This document shows, in pieces, positions 51,152 through 59,791 of a stretch of DNA of 64,000 bases. This DNA is from Spirochaetia bacterium. Lineage in GTDB: Bacteria > Spirochaetota > Spirochaetia > UBA9216. The translations under genes were made by a program, and so were the position numbers. The DNA lies in contig OZ223270.1 in NCBI GenBank assembly GCA_965140585.1, forward strand, positions 96,001 to 160,000, read 5' to 3'. Under the pieces are notes generated by a model. The model was given only the letters and a program-made list of their open reading frames with translations. It was not told the origin of the DNA and made no database searches. Positions within the stretch are counted from its first letter, which is position 1, and each line of letters starts with the position of its first letter.

Positions 51152-51310
51152 AGGTTGATTACACCCTAAACCTTTAACTTTTTCTGTATTATACGAAGAG
51201 TCGCTTAAACATACAATAGCGAGTATATAATTAAGATTTAACTACCGCTGCCGAAACAAGCTGGTTGACCTTTGTTCTAATATTTTATTTTAACATTAAT
51301 TTCAATTAAA

Positions 51311-52492
51311 TTATTGAACTTTCCTGTGTTGCAAACTGTAGTTAATACCTTCGGGAATTTTATTTGAACCAAACTTAGATGCGACGGACTCAAACATCAT
51401 ACCTAAAATGACAACAGGCGTTCTAATAATAATCCTAAGGTCGTTTAACAGACTCATATTTTTGGCATAACTTATATCAAGCCTAATCATCTCTTTAAAT
51501 GTAAGCTTATTCTTTCCACTAACCTGCCAAAGGCCCGTCATACCAGGAACTGTATCAAACCTATGCGTATGCCACCGCAGGTACTCATCAGCTTCATAGG
51601 GGATACATGGTCTGGGCCCAACAAGACTCATATCACCAAAAAGCACATTTAATAGCTGAGGAAGTTCATCGATACATGATTTTCTAAAAAACTGACCACC
51701 CGGAATAATTCGAGGGTCTTTATCATCAAGCTTCTCCATAGGAACATCACCATTCTTAATAAAGGTCTGGGCATGTTTCCCATGGAAACTCTGGTTATTA
51801 TCATGTTTCATTGAGCGAAATTTATAGAATTTAAAAGGTCTACCTTTATAACCAATCCTTGTCTGTGTAAAAAAAACAGGTCCTGGAGAAACAATCTTAA
51901 TATACAGACTGACAGCTGCAAATAGTGGTGATAAAACAAGAAGCATTATGAATGTTACAGAAACATCCATGGCTTTTTTCCACACAGGGATCTTCATAGT
52001 GAACATATCTTCAGTACAAGCACTTACATCAATTTTTTTATCAGAACAGCCTTCATTTTTATATCCAGATGAAGCATCCTTATTTTTTAACCACTTATCA
52101 GGATAGGTATATATGTCAAAACTGTTATGGTCTTGTTTAATAATAGGAATCTGCTCTAAAATTTTTTTACCAAGAATCAACGCGCCTTTTTCTGCTGTAT
52201 CGGGAAGAAGAATTGCTACATGCTTTTTATCATACCAGCCGATATGATCAATTACCCGAACTAACGTTTTAACTTCTTCAACAAAGATGTTAACCTTCTT
52301 TTTGCTTGAATAAAGAAGGTCCGAAGTAAATAAAATAATAGAAAAAACGGAACCATTACGATCCGCTCTGACTCTTTCATAATTTATTAACTCTTTGAAT
52401 TCTTTTGAAGAATAAATATCATTACTCTTCCATGTCTCTTCAGAAAAAGACTGAAGCTTATTCCATTTTTGTCTTTTTTTTAAAGACTGCAT
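51311..52492 (-). CDS. Priming phosphoglycosyl (sugar) transferase with an N-terminal degenerate GGDEF-like domain
   Basis: C-term SPGPVFF, KFRSM, DELPQL, MSLVGPRP, PGMTGLWQV; N-term ERVRADR..FSII, RVIDHIGWYDKKHVAILLPDT. Confidence 0.88.
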   Translation of the reverse strand: MQSLKKRQKWNKLQSFSEETWKSNDIYSSKEFKELINYERVRADRNGSVFSIILFTSDLLYSSKKKVNIFVEEVKTLVRVIDHIGWYDKKHVAILLPDTAEKGALILGKKILEQIPIIKQDHNSFDIYTYPDKWLKNKDASSGYKNEGCSDKKIDVSACTEDMFTMKIPVWKKAMDVSVTFIMLLVLSPLFAAVSLYIKIVSPGPVFFTQTRIGYKGRPFKFYKFRSMKHDNNQSFHGKHAQTFIKNGDVPMEKLDDKDPRIIPGGQFFRKSCIDELPQLLNVLFGDMSLVGPRPCIPYEADEYLRWHTHRFDTVPGMTGLWQVSGKNKLTFKEMIRLDISYAKNMSLLNDLRIIIRTPVVILGMMFESVASKFGSNKIPEGINYSLQHRKVQ

Positions 52493-52507
52493 TTATTCCA
52501 CCTTCAT

Positions 52508-52882
52508 TTATAAGGACAATTGCTCATTTAACAATTCAACAGGGGTTATCTTGTAATTACTGGAGAATTTCACGGCAAGCCCCTGAGCTGTAGCACGTGT
52601 AACCATTCCCTCAACTGTGAGCTTAACCTTGTTTGATACTTCAAAAAGCTCTTTCAGCTTATCTACCGTAAGAATCAGTTCAACATTAACCTTACTGCCC
52701 GGACCCATTGCTTGCTCTGAGGTCTCAATAAACACACCACCAGAGGAAACATCTCTTGTTTCTGCTGCTTCCAGGCTGGAGCCTGATTCATCTTCTGTTA
52801 ACTTTACCGGGACTCGCAACGAATATCGTTCTACCCGTCTGTTTTCTCTATTATTCATATCGCAATTGTAATTATATCCCAA
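52508..52882 (-). CDS. Stand-alone PilZ domain protein
   Basis: RRVER (RxxxR) and DVSSGG (DxSxxG); C-terminal GLAVKF. Confidence 0.9.
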   Translation of the reverse strand: MGYNYNCDMNNRENRRVERYSLRVPVKLTEDESGSSLEAAETRDVSSGGVFIETSEQAMGPGSKVNVELILTVDKLKELFEVSNKVKLTVEGMVTRATAQGLAVKFSSNYKITPVELLNEQLSL

Positions 52883-52951
52883 TATGATTTTTACAAAATA
52901 CGCTAAGAGTATGATATTTGAATGGATTGAAACTGGTCTATTTACAATTTG

Positions 52952-52983
52952 TAGTAATAACCTAGTACTATACCTAGTACTAT
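52952..52983. promoter_or_regulatory. Direct-repeat candidate regulator site upstream of the PilZ-priming GT run
   Basis: ACCTAGTACTAT x2, containing TAGTACTATACCTA (52963-52976). Confidence 0.45.
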
Positions 52984-52991
52984 TTTATGAA

Positions 52992-53663
52992 CTACAAATT
53001 CTGGGCTGCCCAGAGTGCTGCTTGAAGACGGTTAGGAACATTTATTTTTTTAAATATATTATATAAATGAGTTTTAACGGTATTCGGACTTATAAACATT
53101 TTTTCTGCGATTTCATCATTTGTTGATCCCATGCTTATTAAAGATAGTATCTCAATCTCTCTGGGAGTCAGTGAAGTTTTCTCTTCAATGATGGCCTTCT
53201 TTTCATCAAAACTCTCAAAAACATACTCTAATAAAATCTTTCTGGATATCCATATTTCTCCATCTATTATCGCCTTGATTCCCTTTAGAAAAATCTCAAA
53301 CTGGTCATCTTTATAAAAGAAACCTCTTATTTGCCTAGACAGAGCCTTTTTCTCAACCTTTGCATTCTCATGAAGATTAAAAAGCGCTATAAGTGATTTT
53401 GAAAGATTATTATTGGTAGCTATATTTTTTAATATTTCCTCGAAACTCTGCTCTTCACTATCTATAAGGATAAGAGTCTTCGAATCGTTATGAAATTCTT
53501 CTTTTTTTATACTCTCCGAGAAAGCGTTTAGATCCCTATCATATATAGTGCATTTTGCACCAATTTCTTTTTGAATAACATATAAAAAGAATTCACTCTG
53601 AAGAGTAAGGGAGCTTATTATAAAAATATTTACTTTGCTATAATCTGTTATCTGTTCTTCCAT
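52992..53663 (-). CDS. LuxR-family regulator, CsgD/VpsT-like
   Basis: Atypical receiver, GEIWISRK, LTPREIEIL, TVKTHLYNIFKKINVPNRLQAALWA. Confidence 0.88.
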   Translation of the reverse strand: MEEQITDYSKVNIFIISSLTLQSEFFLYVIQKEIGAKCTIYDRDLNAFSESIKKEEFHNDSKTLILIDSEEQSFEEILKNIATNNNLSKSLIALFNLHENAKVEKKALSRQIRGFFYKDDQFEIFLKGIKAIIDGEIWISRKILLEYVFESFDEKKAIIEEKTSLTPREIEILSLISMGSTNDEIAEKMFISPNTVKTHLYNIFKKINVPNRLQAALWAAQNL

Positions 53664-53714
53664 ACTGAATGCACAAGTCTTTACAATAAAAAATATAAAC
53701 TATATTATCATTTC

Positions 53715-54929
53715 ATGGAAAAAAATCAAAGTACATTAACTGAAGAAAGAAGTTTAGTTGAAATATTTCTGCAATATTTGTCCATTATTTTACGATATAA
53801 AGTTTTTGTTGTAGTCATCACTGCTACTGCAGCAATCTCTATAGTAACATTCTCAATAGTTTCACTGAAATTGCCCCCAGAGCGTAGCCCTCTACCTAAT
53901 AATTACAAATCTGATGCAAAATTAATTTTTCAGTCAAGTAGCGATGCAGGAGGAATGTCCTCAATGATGGCTATGTTTGGTGTAGATACATCAACCAGCA
54001 GCATTAATGATCCTTCTCAAATGGCTTTACAAGTCCTACAAAGCAGACCATTCCTAGATAGCATTTCAGAAAGCCTAAATCTAGCAGAAAAGTTCGATCT
54101 CAACGATAAAGATGATAAATCTACTATACGGCGTATAATTTTTCTTGGCTCAACATATTATTATAATAAAACAACAGGAACGCTCTCAATCTCATTCATC
54201 AGCACCGAACCTGAATTCGCTAAACAGGTTGTTGACACAGAGGTTGCACTATTGAGTGAATGGTTTCAAAAAGAAGGGGTTTCAATGCGCTCGAGCCAAC
54301 TCCAAATGCTTGAAGACAAACTTAGCGAATTATCAATAGAAATAACAAAAATCGAGAATGAAATAGAAGCTTTTCAAAAGGAGCTTGGCGTTCTTGATAT
54401 TGAACAACTTGCTCAAACACAAGCAGCACTACTACTAGACCTTAGAACTAGATTGAATCAGATTGAACTCGAAATAGGGGAGTATTCTGAATACTCCACT
54501 ATTGAAGATCCTGCACTTGTTAGACTAAATGCGCAAAAATCGAATATCATTAGCCAGATACGGAGGGTTGAAAGAGGATATATAAGTAGTGATGGAAGAA
54601 AAATGCCCTCAACCGAAGAACTTCCCCAGTTATCGCTTAAATTTTCTCACCTTAAAACCGACTTAGAACTTCAAATGCAGCTCTACCAGACCCTATCCGA
54701 ACGATACGAAGTAACTAAACTTGCCGCCGCAGAGGAAGGCGTTTTTAGCATCCTTGAACCTGCAGAAGTTCCAACTGAAAAAGAAGGTCCTTCAAGAGGA
54801 AAACTCTGTATGATAGTAACAGCGGGAGCTTTTTTCGGTAGTATAGTTATAGCTTTACTGATAAATCTGCTGTTAAGTGTTATAAAGGATCCTGACAAGA
54901 TTAAAAAAGTAAACAGGGTAACTTTCTAA
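53715..54929 (+). CDS. Polysaccharide co-polymerase (Wzz/GumC-like, no kinase domain)
   Basis: Two TMs flanking a coiled coil; ILEPAEVP..K.GPSR. Confidence 0.85.
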   Translation: MEKNQSTLTEERSLVEIFLQYLSIILRYKVFVVVITATAAISIVTFSIVSLKLPPERSPLPNNYKSDAKLIFQSSSDAGGMSSMMAMFGVDTSTSSINDPSQMALQVLQSRPFLDSISESLNLAEKFDLNDKDDKSTIRRIIFLGSTYYYNKTTGTLSISFISTEPEFAKQVVDTEVALLSEWFQKEGVSMRSSQLQMLEDKLSELSIEITKIENEIEAFQKELGVLDIEQLAQTQAALLLDLRTRLNQIELEIGEYSEYSTIEDPALVRLNAQKSNIISQIRRVERGYISSDGRKMPSTEELPQLSLKFSHLKTDLELQMQLYQTLSERYEVTKLAAAEEGVFSILEPAEVPTEKEGPSRGKLCMIVTAGAFFGSIVIALLINLLLSVIKDPDKIKKVNRVTF

Positions 54930-56476
54930 TGAAAAAAAACTTTTTAGTTTTATTATTTCTATCCCATGCCGTTTTATTCGCACAGGATTTCAGACTTTCC
55001 AGTCAAAACCAACAAGAAAGTTCTGCCATCCAATATCTTCCTCAGGCAGTCATACCGTTACAGGCAGTAACTGAAGAAGCAAGCAATCTGCAAATTGCCA
55101 TTTCAAGTCGTAATTATCCGGTCACTCCGGGTGATGTTTATACTCTTACCTTTCTTCTTGCAGGAGAAACAGTGTCAAACACGTTACTAGTTGAAAGTGA
55201 TTACACGATAAACATGACAATATTCGGAAAGATAAATGCTGAAGGAATGACATTTGCGCAGCTAAAACCAATAATTGAACAGAAAATTGCCGATGCATAC
55301 CCGAGAAGTCTTCCTTCAGTTACAATAACTTCAGTCGGCGTTTTTCAGGTACCGGTACTTGGCGAAGTCCCGGAATCCCGCTTTGTTACGGCATGGGGGC
55401 TTTCCAGACTTAGTGAAATAATCGAAGGTAATTTGACTGATTATTCCTCAATAAGAGATATAAAAATAATTCATGGAGACGGAAAAACAGAGAGCTTTGA
55501 CATTCTCAGAGCCCTGAATCATGGCGAACTGGAAGAAAACCCTAATGTAAAACCAAGCGATAAAATCATTATTTCAAGGCTTCATAGAGAAATTGCAATA
55601 TCCGGCGAAGTCTATCGTCCAGGGGATTTTCAACTGCTTGATAGTGATAGCGTCGAACAGGTCACATATTACACAGGCGGATTTACACCGCGTGCTGACA
55701 TGTCCCGCATTAAAATAGACCGCTATTCCTCAGGACAGCCCGAATCATTTACACTAGATTTTAATAACCTGCCAGCTGATTTTAGATTTGAAAACGGGGA
55801 TGTAATCATTGTCCCTACAGTCATAAATAGGCAGCCTGTTGTATACATTGATGGCGGCGTTAGCGGTGAGCGGACTACTATTGGTTCACAGACATCAATA
55901 CAAGATCTAAATTCACAAGCACAAAACTATAACAGGCTCGTCTCCCCACTAAAAAGCGGCGAAACCTTATATGACATACTCAACAATGTACGCAAAAGTC
56001 TACTGCCCTTTGCTGATCTTGAACATGGATTTGTAATCCGAGGCGAAGAGATAATTGCAATCGATATGCAGGATCTCATTTATGACTTCAATATGGCAAG
56101 AGACCTTACCCTAGAACCTTTTGATAGGATCATAATTCCAGTAAATAGACCTGAAGTCTATGTAACAGGAGCTGCAAACATACCAGGCGTTTACCCGTAC
56201 AACCCTGAAGAGGATTATACCTATTATGTAAACCTTGCCGGAGGATTCGATCCAATTCGAAACAAAAACAGAGTTGCAGTGCTGATGGACCGGGATGGAA
56301 ACAGAAAAAATATAAAGGATCCAATCTTACCAGGAGATACTGTAAATGTTCTATCGAATGATTTTCTTTATAATTTTAATCAATACTTCCCGGCTATAAC
56401 TACAGGTTTAACTTTTATTATCACATTAATTACATTATCACAGTACCTAAACCAGACTTATGATACATCACAGTAA
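54929..56476 (+). CDS. Polysaccharide export protein (Wza/SLBB repeats)
   Basis: YPVTPGD, VLGEV, SGEVYRPG, GGFT..AD, VTGA...PG, LAGG repeats. Confidence 0.85.
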   Translation: MKKNFLVLLFLSHAVLFAQDFRLSSQNQQESSAIQYLPQAVIPLQAVTEEASNLQIAISSRNYPVTPGDVYTLTFLLAGETVSNTLLVESDYTINMTIFGKINAEGMTFAQLKPIIEQKIADAYPRSLPSVTITSVGVFQVPVLGEVPESRFVTAWGLSRLSEIIEGNLTDYSSIRDIKIIHGDGKTESFDILRALNHGELEENPNVKPSDKIIISRLHREIAISGEVYRPGDFQLLDSDSVEQVTYYTGGFTPRADMSRIKIDRYSSGQPESFTLDFNNLPADFRFENGDVIIVPTVINRQPVVYIDGGVSGERTTIGSQTSIQDLNSQAQNYNRLVSPLKSGETLYDILNNVRKSLLPFADLEHGFVIRGEEIIAIDMQDLIYDFNMARDLTLEPFDRIIIPVNRPEVYVTGAANIPGVYPYNPEEDYTYYVNLAGGFDPIRNKNRVAVLMDRDGNRKNIKDPILPGDTVNVLSNDFLYNFNQYFPAITTGLTFIITLITLSQYLNQTYDTSQ

Positions 56477-56511
56477 TTAACTTTAAAATATTTTATTTTA
56501 ATTTATATAAA

Positions 56512-57724
56512 GGGGCTGACTCATAAGAAGTCAGCCCCTTTTAAAATTTACATCAGATCTTAATCATGCTAGAATTCCTTACGCCAAAGGGAGTAAGTGA
56601 TAAATTAACTCTCAAGCCGTATGATGTCGGTCAGGGTGAATTGATTCTGCCTACGGCCGACGAGCTAATACCAGCCAACCATTTAGTGAGGATAGTTAAT
56701 TCAACCCTAGAACAACTTGATCTCTCACAGCTTCTAAAACAGTACAAAGGCGGTGGAGCCAGCCGATATAATCCTTTGATGCTCTTGAAGGTTCTTGTGT
56801 ATGGTTACCTGAATAATGTATACAGCGGTCGGATGTTGGCAAAAGCAGTTAAAGAGAACATATATTTTCGCTGGATAACCGGATGTCAGATGTCCGATTT
56901 CCGAACAATCAACTTATTTCGTAAAGATAAACTTGCCCCGGTAGTAAATGAGGTATTTGTGGAAGTAGTAAAGCTTCTGCACAAACAGGGATACGTACAG
57001 CTATATACAGTTTACGTTGATGGGACAAAGATAGAATCAAGAGCAAATAGATATACCCTTGTCTGGAGGAAAGCAGTGGATACATTCTACAGTCGTCTTG
57101 AATCCAAGGTGAGAAGCTGTCTTGAAGATGCAAAACGGATAGCAGATGAAGAAGATGGGAAAGAAGTAAAAAAAAACTAACAAAGATTTATAAAAGTCTA
57201 ACCCGGGATTTCTTACCCCGCAAAAAGAAGTATGAATATCACAGAGAACAATTTAACGGCCGGAACAGTTATTCAAAGACTGATAAAGATGCCACGTTCA
57301 TGCGGATGAAAGAAGAGCATATGAGAAACGGCCAGCTGAAACCAGGATACAATATTCAGGTTGGAACCGAGTCCGGTTTTGTAACTACGTATGGGATCTA
57401 CCCAAATCCAACTGACGCTAGAACGCTGCCGTTGGTGTTGGAACAATTTTAAAACGATTACTCTCATTATCCAAAGAACCTCATTGCAGACAAAGGCTGG
57501 AGATTGTACCGGAAACGAGCGGCAGAGGTTGAAACGGTATTTGGTCAGATTAAAGGGAATCAGAGGTTCCGAAGATTCAATGGATGGGGGAAATTGAATG
57601 CCTCCTGCGAGTGGGACCTTCTGATGATGGCTTATAATATGAAGAATCTGACAATTACCTCATCGAGTTAGGTGGTGAGGTATAAAAAAGGGGGCTGGCT
57701 AAGATTAGTTCTTAGTCAGCCCCC
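56512..57724 (+). mobile_element. IS1182-family element, internally deleted
   Basis: Terminal IR GGGGCTGACT(C/A)A(T/G)AA (13/15 match); transposase fragments inside. Confidence 0.85.
56566..57671 (+). pseudogene. IS1182 transposase pseudogene
   Basis: YNPLMLLKVLVYGY, DFRTINLFR, DGTKIESRANRY; after a frameshift [31 protein letters not shown]; ADKG joined directly to RLYRKR..VETVFGQIK. Confidence 0.9.
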
Positions 57725-57904
57725 TTTTTTATTGCCAGTCTTCTTTGAAATCAATACAATCTTCATTATATATTTTTTTACTTATACATAAAGAATTAAA
57801 TGATTACCATAATGTATTTTATTTATTTTGAAGTTTTAATAAGAATAATTTAAATTTGATTATTATAGTCTTTCATATAGAAAGACAAAAGGAGAACTCT
57901 TACC

Positions 57905-58216
57905 ATGATACAAGCAAATGTAAACCCAGGAGCATGTGGATTAAAAACAGTAATCATAGCCGAATCTTTAGACATGATAACCGCAACTGTGACAATATCA
58001 TCAGATTGCCCGGCAGTTATTAAATACGCAAAGCAGTTAAATACTATTGAGGCAATAAAAGAAGTCTTTGCTCCTTTCGGCACCTCAATTGTGTTCAAAG
58101 CCGCAGAAACCACCATCTCACACCCGGCATGCCCTGTTCCTACAGCAGTTCTAAAAGCAGTTGAAGCGGCATGTTCTCTGGCGCTACCTATCGATGTGGA
58201 GATAAAATTTTCTTAA
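57905..58216 (+). CDS. Small Cys-containing protein (DUF6951-like)
   Basis: PGACG, SDCP, HPACPVP.AVLKAVE...LALP pattern. Confidence 0.65.
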   Translation: MIQANVNPGACGLKTVIIAESLDMITATVTISSDCPAVIKYAKQLNTIEAIKEVFAPFGTSIVFKAAETTISHPACPVPTAVLKAVEAACSLALPIDVEIKFS

Positions 58217-58260
58217 ATATTAAAGTAATACGAATACAAATAAAATTGTTATATAGTACT

Positions 58261-58291
58261 AAATCGAAATTTTTGTTTTAAATTTCGATTT
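58261..58291. repeat. Inverted repeat upstream of the MBOAT gene
   Basis: AAATCGAAATTT-N7-AAATTTCGATTT. Confidence 0.6.
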
Positions 58292-58363
58292 TATCGTTAT
58301 ATAATTACCAAGAATAATTATAGCTTATAAAATTCTTTATTAAAAATACAAGGATTATCAAAA

Positions 58364-59782
58364 GTGGTCTTCTCGTCATTAAAATTCATTTTTTTTCTAC
58401 TTATTGTTCTTATTTCATTCTTCATTCTTGGAAAGTTCAAGAAATACATTTTAGCAAAGCTATTATTAGTTATTTCGTCGCTTTTCTTCTATGCTCAAGG
58501 TAGTTATTCATTCTTTCCTTTCTTCCTGGCGTCAATTTTTGGAAATTACTTCATAGGAACAGCGCTTATCCGTATAAAACAAAATTATCTTCTACGAAAA
58601 GTTGTTATTATATTAGGAATTCTTGCGAACTGTGCATTACTTGGATATTATAAATATGTTGATTTTTTCATTGAAAATATTAACTTTCTCTTTACCTGCG
58701 GAATTCCTTATAGAAACATAATATTACCGATTGGAATTTCATTCTTTACTTTTCAACTGATCGCTTATTTAGTTGATTCATATCGTGGTTTTACAAATGA
58801 TTATAATATTTTAGATTATTTACTTTTTATAACATTTTTTCCTCAGTTGATTGTAGGCCCTATAGTACATCACTCCGAAATGGTTCCACAGTTTGAAACA
58901 ATAAATACTCATCAATTAGACAAATTCAATCTATCAAAAGGGTTATTTCTATTTTCAATAGGTTTAGCAAAGAAAGTTCTAATAGCAGATAATCTAACAA
59001 ATGATGCACAGACGTTCTTTATTAATTATTTTAATCCTACTATATATGAGGCATGGTATCATTCAATACAGTATACTATCTCATACTATTTTGATTTATC
59101 CGGTTATGCAGATATGGCAATAGGTATTGGCTGGATGTTCAATATTAAAATACCCACAAATTTTAACTCTCCTTACAAAGCAAGAGATTTTCAGGAATAC
59201 TGGCGAAGATGGCACATAACTCTCTCTAGATTTTTGGGAGATTACATCTTTAAATCTTATTATAAGAAAGGAAATAGAATTAGGAATTATTATTGGGCCA
59301 CCATGCTAACTTTTTTTGTATCGGGTTTTTGGCATGGTTCCGGCTGGACTTTTGTTATATGGGGACTCATAAATGGACTTCTGGTTTGTCTTGCAGCTTA
59401 TACCAACAGAAAGAATATGAAAGTTCCTATTATCCCTGCATTTATTCTGACGCAGATTGCTGTTGTCCTATTGAGAACTTTATTTGTAGCCAATGACTTT
59501 ACAACAGCAATAGATATATATACGGCTATGTTTAATTTCCATTCTCTTGGAAGCAATTTTATGGAATTTAAATCTAATCTACTATTATTTTTAATCAAAA
59601 ATAGAAGGGTGGGTTATTACCTTTTTATAGGAGTTATTATTGCCTGGTTTTTACCTAATTCAAATAGATTAACCGAACGTTTCGATGGTTCGTTTAAGTA
59701 TGCCATCTTTTCAGGAAGTCTGCTTGCCATCTCCTTTACACAAATTAGCAAAGTGGCTGATTTCTTATATTTCCAGTTTTAG
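58364..59782 (+). CDS. MBOAT O-acyltransferase (AlgI/DltB-like)
   Basis: LPIGISFFTFQ, FFPQLIVGPI, DLSGYADMA, WRRWHITLS, GFWHG, FLYFQF. Confidence 0.93.
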   Translation: MVFSSLKFIFFLLIVLISFFILGKFKKYILAKLLLVISSLFFYAQGSYSFFPFFLASIFGNYFIGTALIRIKQNYLLRKVVIILGILANCALLGYYKYVDFFIENINFLFTCGIPYRNIILPIGISFFTFQLIAYLVDSYRGFTNDYNILDYLLFITFFPQLIVGPIVHHSEMVPQFETINTHQLDKFNLSKGLFLFSIGLAKKVLIADNLTNDAQTFFINYFNPTIYEAWYHSIQYTISYYFDLSGYADMAIGIGWMFNIKIPTNFNSPYKARDFQEYWRRWHITLSRFLGDYIFKSYYKKGNRIRNYYWATMLTFFVSGFWHGSGWTFVIWGLINGLLVCLAAYTNRKNMKVPIIPAFILTQIAVVLLRTLFVANDFTTAIDIYTAMFNFHSLGSNFMEFKSNLLLFLIKNRRVGYYLFIGVIIAWFLPNSNRLTERFDGSFKYAIFSGSLLAISFTQISKVADFLYFQF

Positions 59783-59791
59783 AGGCCAAAA

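Noticed and set aside
10854-56476. PEP-CTERM/exosortase system
   Set aside because: The sigma-54 and AsnB/ACP context is similar, but no exosortase gene or PEP-CTERM tail was seen
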